DNA from: a virus
Taxonomy: Duplodnaviria; Heunggongvirae; Uroviricota; Caudoviricetes
Virus record (IMG/VR): IMGVR_UViG_2734482780_000004
Length of the DNA stretch: 7,365 bases
Reading direction: 5' to 3' (one strand)
Position 1 is the first letter of the stretch; each line of letters begins with the position of its first letter. This document shows positions 1 through 6,069 of the stretch, in pieces. The translations under genes were made by a program, and so were the position numbers. Below the pieces are notes generated by a model, which saw only the letters and a program-made list of their open reading frames with translations, made no database searches and was not told where the DNA came from.

Positions 1-431
1 ATGGTGCTGTCAATGCTGTCGGCCTTCTTGTCGCCTTTCGCACTGGCATCCACGCCGCGATAACGCTCATAAAGCGACGCGGTCGCCATCGCACACACGG
101 CGCGCTCGTAGTAAAAAACTTTGATGCTTTCACCGTCGATGTCGTCCGCCGGAACGTCCGCCAGACGCGTAAAACCGGCGGCAATTTTCTGTTCGCGGTA
201 CTCGTACAGCTCCGCATTCGTCTCCGCCATGCCTGACTTGATGGCCTCACGCAGACGGGCGGGGGCGACGGTCTGCTCAAGGCGCATACGTTCCCGGACG
301 CGCTTCGGGTCGATATCGGGAAAAAAGAACGTGTTTTTAATCACCGGCTCGTCGCCTGCCGGTTGCGGGATGACCACCGTACCCTCACCGGACACGGGAG
401 CCTCCTTTCGCGGAATAATCAGCGTCATCAT
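1..431 (-). CDS. L: Head completion/stabilisation protein gpL, 5' part only (about 143 codons); 3' end lies beyond the window start
   Basis: Hand translation of the minus strand from ATG at 431..429 gives MMTLIIPRKEAPVSGEGTVVIPQPAGDEPVIKNTFFFPDIDPKRVRERMRL, matching the P2 gpL N-terminus as I recall it. GAGG Shine-Dalgarno lies about 4 nt upstream. The frame was translated by hand down to about position 279; no complete minus-strand ORF is listed here in the track, consistent with the frame running off the edge. Position directly downstream of M matches P2 order O-N-M-L. Confidence 0.75.
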   Translation of the reverse strand, partial: MMTLIIPRKEAPVSGEGTVVIPQPAGDEPVIKNTFFFPDIDPKRVRERMRLEQTVAPARLREAIKSGMAETNAELYEYREQKIAAGFTRLADVPADDIDGESIKVFYYERAVCAMATASLYERYRGVDASAKGDKKADSIDST

Positions 432-449
432 GACTACCTCTGAAAAGTC

Positions 450-508
450 GGGCGGTGGACGCCGGTACAGTGTCAGGTGATTCACCCTCACTGACCGGCG
501 TGCCGCCC
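450..508 (-). promoter_or_regulatory. Long GC-rich imperfect inverted repeat (nested stem-loop) in the M-L intergenic spacer
   Basis: Left arm 450-472 (gggcggtggacgccggtacagtg) pairs with right arm 489-508 (cactgaccggcgtgccgccc), with two small bulges. The central loop carries an inner ggtga/tcacc pair. It sits between the M stop (531) and the L start (431) on the transcribed strand. Confidence 0.4.
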
Positions 509-530
509 TGGCGCGGGGCGCATTCGGTTG

Positions 531-1274
531 TTAACTGGCTTTCTTTTTCGGGCGTCCACGTTTTGCTGGGGTCACGCTCCGGGTCTTACGCGGGGCGCGG
601 GTGACCGCTTTTGGCTGCGGCTCCGGCTTCGGTTTCAGCTCCCGCTCCAGTCGTTCAATCTCTTTTTTGACGCCTGCCTGACAGTCGAGCTGTGTCGCAC
701 GTTGCAGGTGAGCCAGCGCACCGGCGGCATCACCAGCGTCACGCAGAAACAGACCGGTGATTTTGTGCAGCTTTGCGCGCACTTCATCAGGCATGTCAGC
801 CGTGGCGGTCAGTTCGAGGGTGTCCGTCAGCAGGCGGGTATCCACAGACTCACCGGCAGCGTGGGCGCGCATGGCCGCAAGTGCCACCTCCTCGGTGAAC
901 ATGTACGGCGGGGTGCGGCGGTGTTTACCCGGCATGGTCAGACCGTATTTCAGGGCATAACGGGCAATCTCCAGCGCACCGGCAATATCACCGGTATCCA
1001 GACGCCACAGCATGACCGTCATCAGAATGTCATCCTGTGCGCCTTTGCCCTGCTCCAGCACGCCGTTCACCCACGGCAACCAGAACGGCAGCAGTTCGCG
1101 TTTTTTTGCGGCCTTCAGCTCTTTTGAATAAATCGCTTTCAGTGTGCGCTGGTCTGCGGCGAGCTTGACCAGCATCTGCTCATAGACAGTTGCATGTCGC
1201 AGCGGGGCGGCTTCCCGCTGCGCGGTCATCGCTGCCGAGACCCGCATCATGTGGCGCTGTGCGGGACTCGTCAT
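531..1274 (-). CDS. M: Terminase small (endonuclease) subunit gpM, 247 aa
   Basis: Complete ORF in the track (MTSPAQRHMMRVSAAMTAQREAAPLRHATVYEQ ... KRGRPKKKAS), matching P2 gpM as I recall it, including the basic Lys/Arg/Pro-rich C-terminal tail. GGAG Shine-Dalgarno lies inside the 3' end of N. Start is 3 nt downstream of the N stop, typical of a translationally coupled late operon. Confidence 0.9.
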   Translation of the reverse strand: MTSPAQRHMMRVSAAMTAQREAAPLRHATVYEQMLVKLAADQRTLKAIYSKELKAAKKRELLPFWLPWVNGVLEQGKGAQDDILMTVMLWRLDTGDIAGALEIARYALKYGLTMPGKHRRTPPYMFTEEVALAAMRAHAAGESVDTRLLTDTLELTATADMPDEVRAKLHKITGLFLRDAGDAAGALAHLQRATQLDCQAGVKKEIERLERELKPKPEPQPKAVTRAPRKTRSVTPAKRGRPKKKAS

Positions 1275-1277
1275 CGG

Positions 1278-2351
1278 TTACGCTCCAGGCTCTGCGGTCG
1301 CTTTAGCCAGTGTGGAGAAATCACCGACCTTAATTTTTTCCACCAGACAACCGGCGGCGTAGTCTTCCACCACGTAATCAATGTTCATTGACTCGTAGTT
1401 CTCCACGCGGTCGAGTTTCGGGTTTTCCACAATCACGCGGCGATGGCTGTCATCCATGTAGTAGATGGACAGGTTTTCCAGCTTCGTGATGAGCATCGCA
1501 TCCGCCGGGAAGTACGGGACACGTACCGCCGGCAGGTTACCGATGCGTTTCTGGCTGATGATGACGTCAGCGGCCAGCATTTCGCTGTTGTCCTGCTCCT
1601 TGTTGACGATGGGGAAATACTTGTCCGCCAGTAGCTGACGCCCCACAATCACCACAAGGTCAGGGTCTTCCTGATACCACGGCTCAATCAGGTTGTTGGT
1701 CGCATCCATCACCAGTGCATCGAGGCTGGCATAATCACCGCCCTTACCCACGCGGATGACCTCAGAGGTCGTGTGACCTTCCTCGTCAGTAACCTTGCTC
1801 ATCACGCGCGCCGGGGCTTCATTGCGGTATTTCTGCAGCCAGCCGACCGCCACATCCTGCAGCATCGGGTTACTGCTGCGGTCAGAGGTTTCGGCACGCT
1901 TCACGCCGTTAAAACCGGCCATGATGAAATCAAGGGACTGGCGTTTGATAATGGCGTTACGGACACGGAGCTGGAAATCCTGATAACGCGCCCACAGGTC
2001 AAGCGTTTTGTAGCGGATATAAAAATCGAAGTTAATCTGGTCGCATTCGTACTTGTTTGACGCCAGCTTCGAGAAGTCCTTCGGCTGACGCTCGGTGCCA
2101 CCGGCAGTGTCGGTGGTGCTGGCGATGGAGCCGGTGACACCGATACCAATTTTTTCCCCTTTCATTTCGCTGACCGGCACAATGTTGATGCGGGTCAGAA
2201 AGTCAGAGGACTCCTGCATGGTGTTCATCAGGGTCTGGGTGACCGACGGTTCAACGGTGAATTTTTTCGACACATCACCGGCGTCAATGCCGTTCAGTTC
2301 GGCAACACGGGACAGGTAGGCATTAAATTTAAAGCGGGTTTCCTGGCGCAT
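1278..2351 (-). CDS. N: Major capsid protein precursor gpN, 357 aa
   Basis: Complete ORF in the track (MRQETRFKFNAYLSRVAELNGIDAGDV ... STLAKATAEPGA), matching P2 gpN in length and sequence as I recall it. AGGA Shine-Dalgarno lies upstream of ATG at 2351. The 58-nt spacer to the O stop is the same spacing I recall for P2 O-N. Confidence 0.92.
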   Translation of the reverse strand: MRQETRFKFNAYLSRVAELNGIDAGDVSKKFTVEPSVTQTLMNTMQESSDFLTRINIVPVSEMKGEKIGIGVTGSIASTTDTAGGTERQPKDFSKLASNKYECDQINFDFYIRYKTLDLWARYQDFQLRVRNAIIKRQSLDFIMAGFNGVKRAETSDRSSNPMLQDVAVGWLQKYRNEAPARVMSKVTDEEGHTTSEVIRVGKGGDYASLDALVMDATNNLIEPWYQEDPDLVVIVGRQLLADKYFPIVNKEQDNSEMLAADVIISQKRIGNLPAVRVPYFPADAMLITKLENLSIYYMDDSHRRVIVENPKLDRVENYESMNIDYVVEDYAAGCLVEKIKVGDFSTLAKATAEPGA

Positions 2352-2409
2352 AGTTTTTCCTGAAATTAAGGGTTAATCGTGAAGGTTTTCCCGGACTGAC
2401 TGACGCCGG

Positions 2410-2688
2410 TCAGCAGTTCGTCATCAGGGCGTCACCGCCACCACCGGTGGCCTTGCTGCGGCGCTGCTGGGTCAGACTTTCGGTGTGGTCGAGACTGTTT
2501 TTCAGGCGGGTGAATGCCTGGCTGGTTTCATCCGCCCTGTCAGTCACCTCCTGCTTAAGTGCGGAAAAGGCGGTTTCCATCTCAGCGAGGCGCTGCTCAG
2601 TGGCGCTCAGTTTTTCCTGCACATGTTCAGCAACAGCGGTCACCGCTTCATGCACATCATTCAGACGGGCGTCATCGCTGGCCTGTTT
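2410..2688 (-). pseudogene. O: Capsid scaffold gene O, 3' remnant only (last 92 codons plus stop)
   Basis: The C-terminal 92 aa of the 264-aa track ORF 2410..3204 ([92 protein letters not shown]) match the gpO C-terminus as I recall it. Upstream of about 2689 the same frame is unrelated to gpO and is antisense to a terminase-like coding sequence. No gpO N-terminal sequence is present anywhere in the window. Confidence 0.7.
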
Positions 2689-3180
2689 GCCCCCATCAGC
2701 CGTGTCGAAATGAGCCTGGAAGCGCGGCTGACCCAGCTCATCATCAAACCGCAGAAAACCGGCGGTGACTTCAAGGAAATTGACCTGCTGGGACGCCAGA
2801 TTGAACGACTGGCGCGGGTCAACCGCTACAGTCAGACCGGCAACGAGGCAGACCTTAATCCGAACGTCGCTAACCGCAACAAAGGCGGGCGTCGCAAACC
2901 GAAAAAGAATTTTTTCAGTGACGAAGCCATCGAAAAGCTGGAGCAGATTTTCTTTGAGCAGTCTTTCGACTATCAGTTGCACTGGTATCGCGCCGGGCTT
3001 GAGCACCGCATCCGCGATATACTGAAATCCCGCCAGATTGGCGCAACGTTTTATTTTTCCCGCGAGGCGCTGCTGCGCGCCCTGAAAACCGGCCATAACC
3101 AGATTTTTCTGTCGGCCAGTAAAACGCAGGCGTATGTGTTCCGCGAATACATCATCGCCTTTGCCCGTCTGGCTGAATGA
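2689..3180 (+). pseudogene. P: Terminase large (ATPase) subunit gene P, N-proximal fragment of about 160 codons, ended by an out-of-context stop
   Basis: Plus-strand frame reads [44 protein letters not shown] ... [58 protein letters not shown]. It contains a P-loop-like KSRQIGAT motif typical of phage terminase ATPase N-domains. The fragment is far too short for the roughly 590-aa protein I recall. The frame upstream of about 2689 is antisense to the O remnant. Confidence 0.6.
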
Positions 3181-3649
3181 GTCGGCCACGCTGTTCCGCC
3201 GCAAGTATTACGAAAACGGCGCTCATGCCGGATATATCATGTACGTCACCGATGCCGTGCAGGATCGCAACGATATCGAAATGCTTCGCGAAAACATGGT
3301 CAAGTCGAAAGGCCGCAACAACTTTAAAAATCTGTTTCTCTATGCCCCGCAGGGGAAAGCCGACGGCATTAAAATTATCCCGCTCAGTGAAGTGGCAACG
3401 AAGGACGATTTTTTTAATATCAAAAAAGCCAGCGCCGCTGACCTGCTGGACGCGCACCGCATCCCCTTTCAGTTGATGGGCGGCAAGCCGGAGAACGTCG
3501 GGTCGCTGGGTGATATTGAGAAAGTGGCAAAGGTCTTTGTCCGCAATGAGCTTATCCCGCTACAGGACAGAATTCGGGAAATAAACGGCTGGCTCGGTCA
3601 GGAGGTCATCCGCTTTAAAAACTACTCACTGGACACTGACAACGGCTGA
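3181..3649 (+). pseudogene. Q: Portal gene Q, 3' remnant (about 155 codons), out of frame with the P fragment
   Basis: Track ORF 3134..3649 ends ...HRIPFQLMGGKPENVGSLGDIEKVAKVFVRNELIPLQDRIREINGWLGQEVIRFKNYSLDTDNG, which I recognise as a P2-type portal C-terminus. It is followed by a terminator and then cos, as expected for the end of Q. The first roughly 16 codons of the track ORF ([16 protein letters not shown]) are the alternative frame of the P-fragment 3' end, so the real junction is near 3165-3185. It is far shorter than the roughly 344-aa portal I recall. Confidence 0.6.
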
Positions 3650-3654
3650 ACATC

Positions 3655-3676
3655 GCCGCCTGCGGGCGGCTTTTTT
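3655..3676 (+). terminator. Rho-independent terminator downstream of the Q remnant
   Basis: GCCGCC (3655-3660), loop TGCG, GGCGGC (3665-3670), then TTTTTT (3671-3676), starting 6 nt after the stop at 3647-3649. Confidence 0.7.
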
Positions 3677-3817
3677 ACACCCCGTCATCCCCCCTCACAC
3701 GCTCACCACCGCACAAAACACCCCGCAGACACACCAACGCCTCAACGGGCAGACTAAGCGCCTTCACGACGCGCTCAGACGCTGAAAAAATAAAATCAGC
3801 ACCACCGCCAGCGCGCA

Positions 3818-3836
3818 GTGCTTTCCCCGCCTCGCC
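3818..3836. other. cos: cos site: P2 19-nt cohesive-end sequence (cosN)
   Basis: GTGCTTTCCCCGCCTCGCC at 3818-3836 is the exact reverse complement of the P2 cohesive-end sequence GGCGAGGCGGGGAAAGCAC as I recall it. It lies about 170 bp beyond the portal gene stop in a C-rich non-coding stretch, the expected location. Confidence 0.75.
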
Positions 3837-3994
3837 CGCCCGCTTCATAGGTCGGTTTTAATGCAGGTGCATTACCACTTTTGAGGGGCGTCCGTCCTGA
3901 CGGTGCACAGCCAGAACATGCAACTTAGGCACATGCAAAACCACGCACATATTGCATGCACTGCTAAAAATAGGAGTATCGCAGAAAAAAACAC

Positions 3995-4024
3995 AAAAAA
4001 ACCGGCATTCATAGTGCCGGTTTT
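3995..4024. terminator. Bidirectional intrinsic terminator hairpin between cos and the cargo island
   Basis: A-tract 3995-4000, stem ACCGGCA (4001-4007), 7-nt loop TTCATAG, stem TGCCGGT (4015-4021), then T-run through 4024. The A-tract/T-tract symmetry allows termination on either strand. Confidence 0.55.
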
Positions 4025-4159
4025 GGCCAATTTTTAAAGTTGTCACTGGCCGCGCAATGCACCAATCTCACTGTTGACGCACATGTTGACAACAATTAGC
4101 AGAACAATCGTGTCCACACATTTTTACAAACGACACCTAACAGATTGATACAGATCATT

Positions 4160-4354
4160 TTATTTGTTCATTCGAATATAATTCAATAGCATCTTGATGA
4201 CCTGAGCGAGTTCTACGCTAGTTGCCTGCGCAACCAGCTTATCGGTATATATGTCAACTTCGCGTGAACTAAGATCATTGTTTTGTGCCAGAGTGGTAAT
4301 CTGCCTCGTCCAGCGTTTAACCCACTCATTATCAAAAGAAATGGAATTTTGCAT
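4160..4354 (-). CDS. Possible small protein (64 aa), head-to-head with the first cargo gene; coding status uncertain
   Basis: Track ORF MQNSISFDNEWVKRWTRQITTLAQNNDLSSREVDIYTDKLVAQATSVELAQVIKMLLNYIRMNK. Its ATG (4354..4352) shares the palindromic GCATGT with the plus-strand ATG at 4353. There is no convincing Shine-Dalgarno, and the region also carries plus-strand promoter-like hexamers. Confidence 0.25.
   Translation of the reverse strand: MQNSISFDNEWVKRWTRQITTLAQNNDLSSREVDIYTDKLVAQATSVELAQVIKMLLNYIRMNK
4177..4182 (+). promoter_or_regulatory. Candidate -10 element (TATAAT) for the cargo operon
   Basis: Perfect TATAAT at 4177-4182 in an AT-rich stretch about 170 nt upstream of the 4353 start. 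The -35 match is poor (ATCATT at 4154-4159). An alternative is TTTACA (4123-4128), 17-nt spacer, TGATAC. Confidence 0.25.
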
Positions 4355-4790
4355 GTCGAAAAATCTCGATTTATTTAACCAACAAACGGCGGAAATCTTT
4401 GCAGTACTATGGGAAAATTTTCCCGTACCACAGGTGATTAACTACGACAAATTTAACGCCGCGCTACCTGATGACTACTTTGACCAACTTAACTCACCAG
4501 AAATGAAAGCGTTAAATCAGTTGCGTAGTGTGGTTGAAGGTACATTCAATTTTCTCTGTGAAAACGGGTACATTCAGTACAACACAGACCATCAGTCGTA
4601 TTTTTACGATGTTCGACTTACTGAAAAAGCGCTCACAGTTCTTAACAAAAAACCCGAGGTGCTTGGTGGAAATGAAACGATGGGGGATAAAGTGATCAGT
4701 GCGGTGAAAGATGGGACTCCTGGGGTCATTGCCGGTGTGATTACAAATCTGCTGACTCACGGCGTTAATCTGGTTGCGTCAGTGTCATAG
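4353..4790 (+). CDS. Hypothetical protein, 145 aa, with a Gly-rich hydrophobic C-terminal tail
   Basis: ORF MSKNLDLFNQQTAEIFAVLWENFPVPQVINYDKFNAALPDDYFDQ ... AVKDGTPGVIAGVITNLLTHGVNLVASVS, ending at TAG 4788-4790. An alternative ATG at 4341 would add MEFC. The extended track start at 4251 is rejected because its N-terminal 30 codons are Cys/Arg-rich and antisense-like. Shine-Dalgarno is weak (GGAA 4343-4346). The gene is AT-rich, unlike the phage core. Confidence 0.6.
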   Translation: MSKNLDLFNQQTAEIFAVLWENFPVPQVINYDKFNAALPDDYFDQLNSPEMKALNQLRSVVEGTFNFLCENGYIQYNTDHQSYFYDVRLTEKALTVLNKKPEVLGGNETMGDKVISAVKDGTPGVIAGVITNLLTHGVNLVASVS

Positions 4791-4952
4791 CCAACGCCCC
4801 AAAGAGACTCATTGTCCCTCGTCACACTACTTGCTTTTAGTTCTGACGAGATTAAATCCGCTCACAGTGTTTACTGCGGAAAAGTTGCGTTATTATCCAT
4901 ATGATTTAACATCTTGGATTCATGTTAATTCACAGTTTAATAAGGATATGGA

Positions 4953-6044
4953 ATGGGTTACGAAATTGATTTTCTAGCTGTTGGCGAAAAAAAAAGCGGC
5001 GATGCGATCTGCATCAGATGGGGAAACCTACATGGTTCAAGAGATGAACAAAAAGTTGTCGTTATTGATGCAGGATATGCCAGCACCGGAGAACAAGTCA
5101 TTGAGCATATTGAAAAATACTACCGCACAAAAACTATTGACTTGCTTATCTCCACACACCCCGATGGTGACCACGTCGGTGGACTTACATCTGTTCTAGA
5201 AAATGCAGAAGTAAAAGAGTTTTGGATTCATAAGCCTTGGGAACATAATCAAGGTCTCGCAAGTGAGTTTGCAGATGGCAGGATAACTGATGCCAGTATT
5301 GCAAATCGAATGAAAGAAAACTTACAAAAAGCTTATGACGCTGTCAAATTAGCGGAAAAAAAAGGAATTGAAATAAAAGAGCCTTTTCAAGGAATGACCT
5401 GGGATAATGCTACTCTGGTTGTTATCGGGCCAACCCAATCTTACTATGAGACTCTAATACCTGATTTCGCAAGAATGCCCAAAAAAGCTGAGGATACAGC
5501 TGGATTTGAAGTACTAAAAGCAGTCTTTGAGTCTGTAGTTGAAAAAACGAAGAAATTTATTGATTACGTTGCTGAATGGTTTACTGATGAAGGTATTGAT
5601 AATGAAGATACCACCTCGGCACAAAATAACTCAAGTGTCATTTTGAAACTTGAGATTGATGGAAGAACGTTAGTGTTCACTGGCGATGCTGGTATAACAG
5701 CCTTAGATCAAGCCTCCCAATACATTAATAAAGAATCATTAAGATTCATTCAAGTACCTCATCATGGTAGCCGGAGAAATGTAGGCCCTGATGTTCTCGA
5801 TAAACTTGTTGGTAACATTGTAAATGAAGGCGAAAAAAGGGAGATAACCGCATTTGTATCATGTGCCCCAGGTTCAGATAAACATCCCCATCAAGCTGTA
5901 ATTAATGCCTTTACTCGACGAGGAGCGAAAGTTATCGCCACCGAGGGGCTTGGTAAGTACCATTTTTATAATGCTCCTGAAAGGGCAGGATGGAAAACAG
6001 CCACTCCACGATCATACATTAGTAACTATAGAACCGAAGAATAA
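4953..6044 (+). CDS. Metallo-beta-lactamase-fold metal-dependent hydrolase (ComEC-like subfamily by motifs), 363 aa; possible nuclease
   Basis: Strong Shine-Dalgarno AAGGA (4942-4946) 6 nt before ATG 4953. MBL-fold motif series in order: VVVIDAGY, STHPDGDHVGG (HxHxDH position, with Asp replacing the second His), VFTGDAG, VPHHGS. A roughly 140-aa acidic/Lys-rich insertion sits between the N- and C-terminal halves of the fold. Stop is TAA 6042-6044. Confidence 0.85.
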   Translation: MGYEIDFLAVGEKKSGDAICIRWGNLHGSRDEQKVVVIDAGYASTGEQVIEHIEKYYRTKTIDLLISTHPDGDHVGGLTSVLENAEVKEFWIHKPWEHNQGLASEFADGRITDASIANRMKENLQKAYDAVKLAEKKGIEIKEPFQGMTWDNATLVVIGPTQSYYETLIPDFARMPKKAEDTAGFEVLKAVFESVVEKTKKFIDYVAEWFTDEGIDNEDTTSAQNNSSVILKLEIDGRTLVFTGDAGITALDQASQYINKESLRFIQVPHHGSRRNVGPDVLDKLVGNIVNEGEKREITAFVSCAPGSDKHPHQAVINAFTRRGAKVIATEGLGKYHFYNAPERAGWKTATPRSYISNYRTEE

Positions 6045-6049
6045 TTCAA

Positions 6050-6069
6050 AAGCTGCCTTACGGCAGCTT
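6050..6069. terminator. Hairpin between the convergent hydrolase and membrane-protein genes
   Basis: AAGCTGCC (6050-6057), loop TTAC, GGCAGCTT (6062-6069), starting 6 nt after the hydrolase stop and overlapping the last codons of the minus-strand gene. There is no long T-run on either side, so terminator function is inferred. Confidence 0.45.

Noticed and set aside
121-480. Plus-strand 119-aa ORF
   Set aside because: It is antisense to the L coding sequence, which has a clear identity and ribosome-binding site on the minus strand. The Ser/Arg-rich composition is typical of a shadow frame.
528-1127. Plus-strand 199-aa ORF
   Set aside because: It lies entirely inside M on the opposite strand. 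It is an Arg/Gly-rich shadow ORF of GC-rich coding DNA.
1433-2319. Several 60-95 aa ORFs on both strands (1433..1648, 1443..1634, 1773..2060, 1795..1983, 1901..2149, 2095..2319) and 757..960, 1194..1391
   Set aside because: All are nested within or across N and M in alternative frames. None has its own ribosome-binding site or an intergenic location.
2447-3025. Plus-strand ORFs 2447..2713, 2559..2768 and 2765..3025, and the first ~68 codons of 2485..3180
   Set aside because: They are antisense to the O remnant or alternative frames of the P fragment, with biased Ser/Arg/Cys composition.
2410-3204. Track ORF 2410..3204 treated as one 264-aa minus-strand gene
   Set aside because: It is chimeric. 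Only the last 92 codons are scaffold-like; the upstream 170 codons are the open antisense frame of the plus-strand terminase fragment.
3152-3476. ORFs 3152..3457 (minus) and 3177..3476 (plus)
   Set aside because: They are alternative frames overlapping the portal remnant. The portal frame is the one with recognisable sequence and the terminal stop plus terminator.
3858-4046. Minus-strand 62-aa ORF right of cos
   Set aside because: It spans the cos-flanking non-coding region and runs through the bidirectional terminator hairpin. It is Cys/His-rich with no ribosome-binding site.
4251-4352. Extended start of the first cargo gene at 4251
   Set aside because: The extra 30-34 codons (MSTSRELRSLFCARVVICLVQRLTHSLSKE) look like antisense of the AT-rich leader. 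Internal ATGs at 4341 and 4353 are better placed.
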